Translations under genes and position numbers: made by a program | Assembly (NCBI RefSeq): GCF_964204645.1 | Contig: NC_134034.1 | Location: forward strand, 4,438,914-4,502,913 | Origin: Tubulanus polymorphus | Lineage: Eukaryota; Animalia; Nemertea | Reading direction: 5' to 3' | Length of the DNA: 64,000 nucleotides | In this document: one piece after another, positions 41,040-53,669 of the stretch | How the letters are laid out: each line of letters opens with the position of its first letter | Numbering within the stretch: position 1 is the first letter of the stretch | Notes under the pieces: model-generated | Databases searched by the model: none | Told to the model about the DNA's origin: nothing | Seen by the model: only the letters and a program-made list of their open reading frames with translations

Positions 41040-41272
41040 TTTAATACTAAATTTTTTATTAAAATTGATTTTAGAAGTTCAATGATTTATATCATGCATT
41101 ATTTCAATCACACTTTACTAACACTTTTAATGTTTAAAAATCTAACTCATACAAATATGAATATTGAAATGATGTTGTAAATGTATCTATATATCTATTC
41201 TATAAGAGCTCACACTTTTATATTGAATAATCTGTCAATTTAAATGTTATTCATGTATATGATTATTTTAAG

Positions 41273-41682
41273 AGTAATAGGGGTAATGGGCTTTCAGGTT
41301 AAAGGTTGAATGGTCGAGTTCATCAAAAACAAATATTAAAAGTAATTTAAAACTATAATATATTTTCATAACCGTGTGTATTTCAGTTGAATAATAGAAT
41401 AATTATTATTATTAAAATATATTTGATTATATGAATTTGTGTATTGTAAATAAATCAATTGGTCGCGGAGCGGAGCGGTAGCGAAGTGGAGCGACCAATT
41501 GATTTAATACAATATGCTTTTAAAATTAAAATTATTAATATCTTAGAATAAATATTTAGTTATAATATGAAATGCACACGGTTATGAAAATATATTATAG
41601 TTTAAAATTACTTTTAATAATTTGTTTTTTAATGAGCTCGACCGATCGACCTTTGATTTGAAAGCCCATTACCCCTATTACT
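41273..41682. repeat. 410-bp imperfect fold-back at the Polinton right terminus
   Basis: Outer arms 41273-41385 and 41568-41682; inner stem 41442-41466 with 41491-41514; purine-rich loop GGAGCGGAGCGGTAGCGAAGTGGA. Confidence 0.85.
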
Positions 41683-41849
41683 ATCGTTTACAGGGGGTTT
41701 TATCCGTAACGGTGAAACGCAAGCCGATTATTACTTTTAATAATTTGTTTTTTAATGAGCTCGACCGATCGACCTTTGATTTGAAAGCCCATTACCCCTA
41801 TTACTATCGTTTACAGGGGGTTTTATCCGTAACGGTGAAACGCAAGCCG
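41607..41849 (+). repeat. 123-bp-period tandem duplication spanning the Polinton/Merlin junction
   Basis: 41607-41726 appears identical to 41730-41849. Confidence 0.95.
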
Positions 41850-42744
41850 GTGCTTATGGGCGGTGAAATCGAGGATAACGTCATCGAAACCGACGAGAGC
41901 CAATTTGGAAAGAAACGCAAGTACCACCGCGGCATAGCGAGCAAAAAACATGGTTGGGTATTCGGGCTAGTTGAGCGTGGAACCCGTAGCATCCATCTGG
42001 AAATAGTGAACGATAGGAGTGCAGCGACTTTGACCCCTATTATTCAGCGAACAGTAGCGCGTGGTGCCACAATCTATTCGGACATGTGGGCATCATATGC
42101 AGGCCTTGACAATATCGGTTACAAACATGGTACCGTGAACCGTACAAAATCATTTAAGTCCGAAGAGGGTGTCGCCATCAATATGATCGAAGGTGTTTGG
42201 GGCAATGTGAAACAAAAAGTGGTAGGCAGAAAAGGGTGTGTATCATCTATGTTGGGAAACTACTTAGACGAGTTCACATATCGATTCAGATTCGGGGGTG
42301 AACATCTCACCAAAACGACGCAGCAGCTGCTTGACCACTGTTTGGCAAATAACCCTCATAGTGAACTGTTGAACGATCTAATCACACAGGCAGATGAGGA
42401 ATCCGATGAGAAATCGGATGAGGAAACTGCTGAGGAGTCGGATAGCGAGTTGACGGGCAGTTGAATTAATGTGAATCGTTTGACTGACAATATATCAATT
42501 TACCTGCAATGTACCTTGTGTATTAAAACACCTGAAATTAACATTATTATGATCACAGTTATCGCAGTTAGTGTTATAGATTGTTGTACTCCAGTCGGCC
42601 AGTCGTCCAGCCGGCCAGTCATCCAGTCGGCCGGTCGTCCAGTCGGCCGGTCGGCCAGTCATCCAGTCGTCCAGTCATCCAGTCGGCCGGTCGTCCAGTC
42701 GGCCAGTCATCCAGTCGGCCGGTCGTCCAGTCATCCAGTATACC
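41683..42744 (+). mobile_element. Merlin (IS1595/ISXO2-like) DNA transposon, 3' part
   Basis: Transposase fragment, then subterminal CCAGTC(G/A) microrepeats at 42591-42740, ending ...CCAGTATACC. Confidence 0.85.
41806..42464 (+). pseudogene. Merlin/ISXO2-like DDE transposase, 5' truncated by the Polinton insertion
   Basis: VIETDES.FGKKRKYHRG, WVFGLVERG, IYSDMWASY, NMIEGVWG and YLDEF; the usual VNH motif reads VNR. Confidence 0.88.
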
Positions 42745-44235
42745 ATGTAAATAATGAAGAACTGAATCACTACCAACCTATCGAATATGTTCCTACACCC
42801 TTGCACTATTACTCCGTATTCTACGCTTGGGCCATACACTGAGCGTGAACCTACGTTCTACTAACAAGTGTTGATGTGTACAGTAATGTGCTTGCCTAGG
42901 AGACATTGGTCTCATTCGTAATGTTGGTGGTCATTCAAGTGGTTGTTGTGGAGGCATCCGCAAAATTGTGCCATCTTTTTCAGTGATGCATCTAACAACT
43001 GATGTATATCCTGTTTTTAACCGACGTAACTACTTCAAACTACTTCTCCTAGGACAAACCGCACATTCTCGTGTTTTTCAGTTCATTTTGGTCCCTAGTG
43101 ACAAATCAATATACGTTTCACATTGACATCGTTTTTGGGATTGGTCAAATTTTACCTCTAGGCTGCTTCATTAATTAGTTTTTGAGTACCCAATCATAGT
43201 TAACTGGGGTTAATTAAACAATGATAAAATATCAATAACTTGTGGAAAAATAATTAATAATACAATGATGAGATACGAGGAGTTTGTTTTAGAGATAAAG
43301 AAATGTAAAGTTTAGTCCAAGGGAATGTATCAGAAAAATGGTATGAAGTGTTGTTGTTTGGGAATGTATTTCTGTTCGGAGTCGTTGGTGGAGGACTGAA
43401 GAGGATTAAATTTGGCAGGGAGAGATCGCGTGGTTACAACTTGATAGAGTGAGATAGTAGGTAAGTTGGGGAGACAGTGGAGAGAGAGGGTTCGAAATTT
43501 GGCATCTACCTGCACAGTTGTTGTAGATCCTATGAGATGGCTTACGTAGTTGTTAAATCAGAGCTGAGGCGATCGATCACTAAATATTAACAGAGAAAAC
43601 TCATAATCTGTAAAAGTTCATCCTTAAAGCCCAGTGTTTCATATATGGCCCAAAGCGTGGCCATGGGTCATAAATGACCACATAGGTCGAAGAAGAACAT
43701 TTCATTTTCATCGCGAACCACCTGGTGATATTTTTTCTACTAACCAACAAGGGATGGGACATTTGATTTTAAAGGTAGCATAGGTGATATACGACACAGT
43801 TAAGAACTCTTGTCGACAGTTCTATAACCTATGGCCGGTTAGTTTGGATGGGTTTATAAGTGACCACGTCGGTTCTCTATGGATATGGAGATATTCGATA
43901 GGCTCGCAAGATTGATAATACAGTAAAAATGCCATTGAACGTTCACATGAATTAATATAGCGTAGTTGGCCCCAGATATTAATTATTTTTATACGATTAT
44001 TATTAATTTCAAAATTATCATCTTTTTCATTTATCTTCACGCATTCATGATTTAAACATATGATATCTTCTTTGTTCATTCTTGTCATAAACTGGGGGCA
44101 GCGTGCGTTTTACTTGACTGAGCATCGGACTTGATAGTGTTTGTTACTGTTTTTACGCTAATTTGCCACCTGTTTCTAAGCAGTTATACTAGTGATTTCT
44201 TTGAGAATGTGTCAGACATGATATAAATATATCTA

Positions 44236-44420
<185 letters not shown>

Positions 44421-45172
44421 TCTAGAATTGTAGAGGCAGTTAGAGTTACTTTCGTCTTGAATGGATCCTTGCTGTGACTTGGAATATATACCATACCCGA
44501 TATTTGAAAACGCCGAGATTTTGTTTAGCTTAGTTGAAATAAACTACGGTTTCATCGTAGTTGGAGCTTTGTCGTCTTATATAAAGAAGACCTGGAGCTG
44601 AAAGTCGCTGGTCATCGACGGAATCTGCGACACGTATTATTCGCGCGGAAAATCGAGCTCGTTCCAAACCGACAAGTAAAAAGCTTAGTTGTTATATTAA
44701 GACGAAAATTGTCATCCTGTGACGGACTCAAACGCGAGCACAAAAAGCACGGGCTCTCGTTCCGATTTTCCAGTGCCTTTATGAAAAAAAGATTTTATTT
44801 TTGATTGCACTAGTTTCTGCTCTTAAGCACTGAAATCTTGATTAATTCAACGCGCAGGAAATTACACATTTTACTCGTATACATTACAGCATTCGTATTG
44901 AGATCAATAACGTATCCGGTATCTTCCGATAATAACTAATGCAAATATGGATCCCCATTTCAAGCAAAGAAAAAACGCCTAAAAAGTCGGTTGAATTGAA
45001 GTATTTATTTCAAGACTTTATTAGTAGTCCCATTGTAGTTAATTAGATAATTTCCAAAATGAAGAATATAAGAAGGATGGTATTCAACGAATTATCATTT
45101 GAAAGGTCGGAAAAAATTGGGTTGCATTAACTTCAACTCGTTGCCAATTAGTGACTCAAAATATGATTGCTT

Positions 45173-45328
45173 TTAGCCACTGCATTTGTTTGATTTGAAA
45201 TAAACGCACTTTGCCCGGATGAGCCTCTCCAGGGAAGCATCGGTATCTTGTACTTTTTCTTCGTCGGCGGCTGCTATCGTCCAAATTGAGACGAATATCC
45301 CAAAAAGTGGAACAACGAATTTCTGCAT
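45173..45328 (-). CDS. Small secreted prepropeptide (51 aa): signal peptide, acidic pro-region, RLIR site, mature AKCVYFKSNKCS(G)
   Basis: MQKFVVPLFGIFVSIWTIAAA-DEEKVQDTDASLERLIR-AKCVYFKSNKCSG*; polypyrimidine tract and AG before the ATG; AATAAA at 45004-45009 and 45017-45022 (minus). Confidence 0.72.
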   Translation of the reverse strand: MQKFVVPLFGIFVSIWTIAAADEEKVQDTDASLERLIRAKCVYFKSNKCSG

Positions 45329-45940
45329 CTTTCGTAATTTAGAGAAAAAAAAACAAATGATATATTTGTTGTTAACTTGCGTTGATTGGTTTAGCGCAGC
45401 AAAACACTGGATCTTGAATATCCTTTTTCAGCCGTTTTAAGCTTTGATACATACAATTCAAATTTCCCTTGAAAACTTCAAAATTATGTAAAAAGTGCTG
45501 ATATCGGCGGACAACAGTGGCCACCGGTCAGCTAGTCGAATCTGATGAGTCAATTCTTGGGTCACACAAGTGCCTAGAATGGATTCATGTATCTTAAAAA
45601 CTACTCAGAGTAACTGCATTTCGTGAACGGACAAACGGACGAAAAGTGAACACGTTTCGCTGTTAATTCCAAACGCAAAGTCACTGTTCCGACATATGAA
45701 AAAGAATCGGATCGGATTGCTCTCGATTTTTTTCTTGGTTGGCAATATCATTATACGGGTGATCTAGCTAGGCCCCAGCTACTGTCACGACGAAAATACT
45801 TCGTACGTTACGCATATGCATGTGCATATATCATAAGCCGGAACGTAGTTCATCGCGTGAACGCATATTTCACCATGCACTGTAGCACTAATTAATAAGA
45901 GATACAAAGTTCCAAATTGAAACTGCCAATAAGAAAAAAA

Positions 45941-46070
45941 CCTTACCTCCTTACTATATATTTCAAAGCTGCGGTAAAAACCTTACTAAGTGTATATTTC
46001 AAAGCTGCGATTCTGATCTGCGTTGAAAGGTTGCTGTAGCATACATGAAACCGCTGCGTGGATATATATG
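45941..46070 (-). promoter_or_regulatory. Putative TATA box and non-coding first exon of the peptide gene
   Basis: TATATAT at ~46063-46069 (minus), short exon, donor AG|GTAAGG at 45947/45946. Confidence 0.45.
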
Positions 46071-46706
46071 ATAGATTATATTTTCAATTCATTAAGCATT
46101 GCCAAGTGAGTGGAATTTGAATCCACTTTCACACTTGAACTGCTAACACCTGAATATGAAATTTCAATTATTTTACATGAATTGTTATCGATACGTCGAA
46201 CGAATATCGAGCAGAAAATATTGCATATATCTGGTGTGGAGCAATAGGGAAGGATTTTAATTTTGAACTGCTGCACTGCGGCAATAACGGACATTCTGCC
46301 TAGCAGCATATGCCAACCTTTGTGAATGATAAATAATTTTCATTTATGTATCTCAAAATGCGCCATGTTCTACGCGGTCATTTTGAACGGTGTCTTGTCA
46401 ACAATATTAAATATCAACCGTTGCCGACTTATGATAATTATTCATTATTCTGAAATCATTGTCTGAATAATATCTAAGGGTGTGCATTTATAAACACACA
46501 TTTATAAACGACTTATACGGTACCTCGTATTGGTAAACATATATTCATATATACCGGGTACTGAAGCTGCGTCGGACAAATTATAAGTACTCACGACGTA
46601 TGCGATGTGGGTCTAGATTTATTCACCCTGTATTACGTATACAATTGAATTTATTTTTTTCAATAAGCATTTTTTTCAGACAGTCCTAAAGTTGTGGCCA
46701 TAAATA

Positions 46707-46891
46707 CGGAGCCCGGATCAGGTGACACGGTGAGAAACAGATACATCTTGTTTATTCGTACGAACGAAATGTTTTTTTTTTTTTGCCACTAGATTTTATT
46801 CGTGCGAACCAAATGTTTATCACAAAATTATTCTCGTTTGAAGGAGATAATCTTTTTTTCATTTGTTCACCATGTCACCTCCGGGGCTCCG
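46707..46891. mobile_element. Tc1/mariner-type MITE with TA TSD
   Basis: TA|CGGAGCCCGGATCAGGTGACA ... TGTCACCTCCGGGGCTCCG|TA. Confidence 0.75.
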
Positions 46892-49800
46892 TACATCAAT
46901 GAAATGCATGCGTCAAGATTAGTATAATATATTAGAAAATTCGATAAGCTTTCTGTGCCGTATATACCGTTTAAAACCAGCATGATAGGTTCTTTGACTA
47001 ATTGTGGAATATGTAAGTCGAAATGTCAAAGTTGTTTTTCTCGAGATTTCCTATCATCAATAAGGATCGTGCTGAATTCAGAAGAAGTGTGATTGGTATG
47101 AGTGCATGCTTATGGTATAAGGCACGGCTTCGAACGGAGGGCAACACGATACTCATCGCATCTTCGATCGCACAATTTACCATCGTCGGTAGAGATTTGC
47201 ACACAGATTTCCATCCTCCCGAACCTGATTCGAACCTGATGGAATCGAGATTCCCACGGTACGAAACCCTGCCACAGTAGAGCGAGCGCACGAAAACATG
47301 CGCAGTTTTGATGATATCATTATTAGCCAATCAGTAAACCCGTGTTATTTTACCCCAGGTTTTCTTCTGTGAAATAATTTCCTTAGCGATTGTACAACGA
47401 GCAATCTGGTTGAATAAAATGACGGATTATAATTGAAATCAGTGCTCGCACTGGGGCGTCTGGGGTAATGGAAGTAAATGTGATTCTTTTTGATTATATT
47501 TCTATGTATATTGACTACTAATGTGAACATCAAGATGGTGCATGCAAGCGTATTCCTAGATTATTGGTATGGCTGTGTGACACTCACGTATTTATTTATT
47601 TACATCTATCTCGCTCTATGTATAATTGCCTATGTATGCCTATGTATATATGTATAGCATATGTATAATTGCTAAAATAAATATCACTTGATTACTGTCT
47701 TCACACACCTACAGCGCTACTCACTCGCATATCATTATAATGTCATATACAGCGGTAGGAACTGTATACAATGGTCAGATTTGGTAAGACGACGTCAGAA
47801 ACACGCAACTGCTTATGTAAACAGTAAAAGTGATCTCGTGCTGAAATTGCCGATTCATAAGTCGTATTTCTCAGTGATGGCTGAACCAGAATTCAAACCA
47901 GTAGCTAAGGCCCAGTTTATACGTCGCACTTGGACAGGACGAGCTGAAATTTGTGTGTTAAGTCAAACTCAGCTCGTCTCTAGAGCGTCGTATAAATCAG
48001 TTCAGGTCATCTTCTGTTGCCCCAGTTCGTCTCAGACGTACTACCCGTCTGAACCAGACGACCCGACCGACCATAGCGCGTCGTCAAGTTATACGACGTT
48101 CTATGGATGAACTTAGCCTGTGAAGTAAGTTCGAAATTCGTGGAACGCATGCGTACTACGCTAATTCTGAGCTCAAGGTTACGTGGAGACTCACTTGTCA
48201 GAGCATTTCTTCACATTGAAAATATCGGATTTAGAGTCAGATATTAGGCGAGATATGTTTTAAATATATGTTTAATGTCATGCGTGTATAGTGCCTGCTG
48301 CTCTGCCCTGGATAACATACAAACGGCTTGCAAGATATCGATTTGTTACTTATTCTCACCACAACTTGCACAAGTCACAAATGTCAGAATGCTGCTGGCA
48401 ATTGTTTGGCCACAACAATTATCCTAGTTCCTGAATCCTGGCGTCTTCTGGTTTTATCGTTCTCGGTCTTCCCTAAATACTCCATTCAAAAGTCAAATAT
48501 ATTTAATATACATTGGTATAGCTATAGTTCATGAAGCCAATTTTGTTAATTAAATATATAATGTGTTTTTTTTTTAATTTTCAGTTTGTTAATGCGCACT
48601 GTAAAAATTATTTCCGACGTTTGTCGGAAAAATACCTTGCAGCAGTTGATCACGGAATATCTCCGACGAATTTTCCGACGATTGTCGTAACCGCTAAATA
48701 GCGGGACACCAACGATAATCAACGGGAGATTCCCGATGTTCTTGGTGCAAGGATTTTCATCGTCAATCGACGGAGAATGTCCGACCCGGAAATTACTGGT
48801 AAGATTCCGTCAATGTTCGGAACAAAACCGAGTTGGCAAAATTATATTTCCGATACAAATCGGAAAAATACCGTCTTTGGACGTGTGATGCCAGTTATTC
48901 CACGGATAAATGCCGATGAGGGGTGCACCGGGGGCGGGGGTTAGGGGGGTCGACATTGGGGAGGGGTCTCAATAATCCGCGCATGTTTTCCTCAAATGAA
49001 CATTTCCAAATCCTAAGTTTCGAGTCACAAAAAGCTCTCAAAGTTGAAAAGATGACAATACAAAATTAGAAAAATGTCAGACCAAAATATAAAAATATCT
49101 AATAAATACTTCTTTATTAGATCGTAAAATTATCAAAAAACGCCATGAACAACAGGATCATGATTTTAAAACACACTCAAAGAGCGATGTAAAAACTTAA
49201 ATAAAACTTTCATTAAAATCCTAAGTGATTGTACTACATGCTTTGGATTATTTTGACATGGAATCAGAAAAAATGGAATGATATAAAATCCGGCTCATGT
49301 TGGCCTGTAATGTATAGACAAAATGTTAAGAAAAAAATTTGGCCTAGTCGCTCAACAGATTAATACAACCACAGAAAATGTCCCTGATTCGACATATTTT
49401 AGCATTCAAGTACGACCTACGTACTTGTCTCTAATAATGTAACAAAAAACTTAAACTTAAACTTACAATAGATATAGAAAACATTTCATTCTTAAAAGAT
49501 CTATACAAAAATATGCTAATTAATCATAAATCTTTTTTATCTCAAGGTATCTATCTCCTCTCTGTTTTGTTAATGCATTTAATGCTCAGATTATAAGAAA
49601 GGGAAAATCTCCGTGGCAGACCTTTTTCGTACTACAAACATACACTTAAGGCAGATTACATGAATTGCTAATTTCAAAATCATGAATTACAGTACCAAAT
49701 CTACAGTGAATATGGATGTTCTGGTATTATCAACTGATTGAAGATAAGACAAAAGCGTGTCATGTCCGTAAGTGACTATTGGCCATTATGCATATTCACC

Positions 49801-50035
49801 AGTATGCAGGATTACAAAAATATACATGTACAAAGATTAAAAAAGATTAAAAAGATGAAAACTTGTTTTTCATTAATTTTCTCAAATTCACCAGATGAAA
49901 ACATTTTCTTATTCAATTATCATCTCAACACATATACGAACACAACACAAATTCAAATTAATAGATTATACCTTCGAGCCATACTTAGAATACTTAATTT
50001 TAGTAAATTCATGTCAGGCTAATGGAGTCAAATTC

Positions 50036-53000
50036 TTAACCCTTAAATACAAAGAAATCCGCAAATGCCTTTGCCAGGGTGACTACTTTTTTTGATTTTC
50101 TCTCTTCGGGTAGATGATACCGAGCAATAATCGAAAAGAAAAATTCGAGTGAATGCTGGGCCTCTTTTGGGTACTTAATATCGAAAACTATATAGGCCGC
50201 GAACAGTGCCTTTAACCCATCTTCCAGCGTTGAAGTCTTAACTAGAATGACTTTATCCACCGACAACATGAACCGAATGAGTTCTCTATCAGCTGAAAAA
50301 TCAAACAAAAAGTACACGTAAGCGGCAAAAAACATAAAATTGTCAGCTACAATAGAAGATTATATTAAGTGAACAATGGTTTATCGATGAATTCAATTTA
50401 TCAAATTACGACATAATAATCAAATCTTATGAATTTCAAAGTCCGATTGAAAATGAAATACACCAAGTGAGGCTTATTTACTTACCCATCTCAACAAGTA
50501 CAGGTGTTAAAGGCAAAGCTACATCCTCCGACCCAACAACTTTTATTTTGCCTTCATTCTCTTACGTCGTCAGATTTTTGAATAAGGTATCTAGACCTGT
50601 GTATTCAGTGTCGACAATCTTTTCGTCTTCAAACAGTTCATGAAGTAATTTCGAACGCTCGTTGATGTCTTTTGAAAAACTTTCAAAAGATTTCTTTGAC
50701 TGAGTTACACTCATGCCAGATTTTATCGCGTTTTGAACTTCAACCAAACTACTGGCAACCAATATATCAACCTCTGGATTCATTTTAACACTTTGCGCGT
50801 TTAGTTCTTTCATTCGCTTTGAATTATCAGAAGCGATATTTAATTTCTCTGCTTCTCTTTTCCTTTTACGATTCAAAAACCTTTTATTTGTATCGCGACA
50901 ACCTTCTAAGGAACAAATTATAGCTGAAATACCGTTCTCAATTAGTTCGTCTCCGATCGAAAAAGCAAATGATTTCGGAAAGCGTTCCAAAATAGCTTTT
51001 GCGGCTATGCCGAATTCCTTGCTACCAGGTAATCGATTGTTACATTTAACCTTGAGTCCATCGAACATGACATTCATGAACTGACTCTTTTCTTTCGTGT
51101 CCAGCTTTTTCCCCCGTTGTTTTGACCATGCCAAATCACTCTTCGGGGTATTTGTTTGGCTGAGATCTGGAACACAAAATTAATTCACTGAATTAAATGT
51201 TTACACTAACCCATCAAGTTAGGACAGTTTAAGAACTAGGTATGTTACATAAAAACTATTAAGTGATAAGATAAAAAATTGCATTTAGTTATACGTTAAT
51301 GGAGCAAAAGGAAGGGGCGCACGCTGCATAAATAACAATGAGTAAAATGGAGAATATCACACAATCCCGCCAACCCATTGGATAACATAACAACATACCA
51401 GCATCACTCTCCTCAATACTCATTGTGTCATTGCTGGAACTGTAGCTCGATCCAGCCATTGACGATCTGGCTCCAGCCATTGTCATTGATGGTGCCAGCC
51501 TAAGAGTGGAGTTTGACTGTCTTTTTCCTGAAGGCTTTAACTGGAAAAACTCCTCACGGTCTGAAAATTAACAATTGATAAAATTGAAAAAACAGGAAAT
51601 TATGTCCACAAATTTCAAAACTAGAGAACAGAAAATATGTTAACGCAATGCTATCATTCGAACATCCTCATCTTTAATTAAAAATGAAAATATAATACTT
51701 CAAATAAGAATACAAAAACTTAAATATTGCAAAAAGTGTCCAGTATTAAAATAGAACATACTGCCATTTTCTTCTACACAATATTTCATCTTGAACTTTT
51801 GAACATTTTCCAGTGGATAATTGTTAAAAATCTAACAGTGAAGGGAATGTGCCTAGATACATGGTAATTTACATTCTATGAAAGTAAGGAGCTGAAAACC
51901 TACCCTTTTCTACCTGCAACTTGATAACTGAACCACTTTCGAATGTCTCAAATACATCCCCTGGCATTGCCATTGACGGTGCAATTTTATGTGTGAGGGT
52001 TGACTGTTGTTTTTCTGGAGGATTTAACTGAAAAAACTCCTCACGGTCTGAAAAAAAACAATTGATAGAATTGATGAAACAGGGAAATATGCCCACAAAT
52101 GTCAAAATTAGAAAAGAGAAAATATGTTAAAGCAATGCCATCATTCAAACATCCTCCTCTGTATGTAAAAATGAAAATATAATACTCTAATTAAGAATAC
52201 AAAAACTTAAATATTGCAAAAAGTGTCCAGTATCAAAATAGAACATACAGCCATTTTCTTCTACACAATATTTCATCTTGAACTTTTGAACATTTTCCAG
52301 TCGATAATTGTGAAATCTAACAGTGAAGGGAATGTGCCTAGATACATCGTAAATTACAGACTTTAAAAAGTTAGGAGCCAAAGACCTACCTTTTTCTACC
52401 TGCAACTTGACAACTGAACCACTTTCCAATGTTTCCATCCTCAATGAATCCGAATACATCCTCATCAACTTCTGTGCCGTCTTCTAATTTCAACCGTATG
52501 TTTGCCACATTAATGAGGAATTTCAGCGAAACTAAAAGATCCAATGTAATCAGAATATGCATTATGATACGTACTTCCTATATCCCCCCTAGCCACCATG
52601 ATGCAGTGCACTTCATTTTCAGCAAAAAAAGCTAATTTTGGCATTGAAACAAATTTTTTAGAGACCCAGTTTTTAGATTGTAACAAAAAGATCGATGATA
52701 AAAAAGATAGATGAATATGTGATCGAAATCTTGGTTTGATAAATACTTGATGTTAATGAAATACATTTAAACCGTCAAATAACAGTTTGAATATAGCCAT
52801 TGGTCCCAGGAATTAAACCCTTTTGTTAATCTTAAAACTAAGAACCATACATACTATTCTCCATAAAATCATCAAAGCCAGTGCCTCTTTTCACACCAAC
52901 ACGCCGGTCATTGAAGTCGACTTTCATGATTTCAGTAACTGTAGGATTATTACATGGATACAACTGACAACTTGTACTCTGTAAGAAAACAGTGTGCGTT

Positions 53001-53302
53001 AAGTTTTTTCATTAAACATAAGTTATGAAATTCAATCATTGAAAATTTCACGAACAAGACAAAGTAGGATGAAGTATGGTAGCCATTTATTTAGTCATCT
53101 ATTAGTCATTCTAACAGTCATCCCTTGCCATATAAAGACGTTCTTTTCACATTAGGTTCTATACCTATATGAACTTGAGGAGTCAAAAATTACATTATGG
53201 TTGAACATGAATAATACATGATCACTAATTACTGAGATAAGAAACAAGTCTTACCCTTGCCGGAATTTCATCAAGCAACGCATGTGTTTCTACAAGTGAC
53301 AC
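50036..53302 (-). pseudogene. EnSpm accessory multi-exon gene (SAMD3-like C-terminus), degenerate
   Basis: FMLSVDKV...GLKALFAAYIVFDIKYPKEAQHSLEF; exon-like segments with GT/AG ends; ~486-bp internal duplication; exact exon boundaries not fully resolved. Confidence 0.6.
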
Positions 53303-53669
53303 CTGAAATTAAAACAGTGTATTATTAATCGGGGTATAAATTATTTTCCTATTAAGTTGCACAACGTAAGTGTCCTGGTACCTAAACAGCTGAGAAAGCA
53401 TTATAACCAGTCAATGAAATTGTAGATTTGAGAAGATTTGAACAGAAAATGAGAAACCTTTCCCTGACTAATCGGGGTTAGGTTATTCAACAATAATTTA
53501 ATAAATACCAGAGCCAGTCTTTCAAAAGTTGGTTATAGCTAACTTGAATCAACTTTTGAACAATTGACACCTGGTTGTAGTAATCAAAACTTGCAACTAT
53601 TGACTGAAACTTAACTGCAATCAACTTAAGTAAGCCCAAACATATCAAACTTACATCGAATAGCAAATT

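Larger units (their letters stand above)
27719..41682. mobile_element. Polinton/Maverick (adintovirus-like) endogenous virus; left end truncated, right terminus ...TATTACT
   Basis: rve integrase, packaging ATPase, MCP, mCP and pPolB tightly packed, intronless and very AT-rich; CT end consistent with AG...CT Polinton termini; scattered frameshifts. Confidence 0.93.

Noticed and set aside
27719-41682. Bacterial prophage or contaminant contig
   Set aside because: rve integrase with chromodomain, pPolB and Polinton-type capsids, no Shine-Dalgarno pattern, and contiguous with eukaryotic transposons
42471-42842. 123-aa ORF with SSRPV repeats
   Set aside because: Translation of Merlin subterminal microrepeats
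46998-47330. Overlapping 85-aa and 110-aa ORFs
   Set aside because: No recognisable domain or supported exon chain; a real exon cannot be excluded
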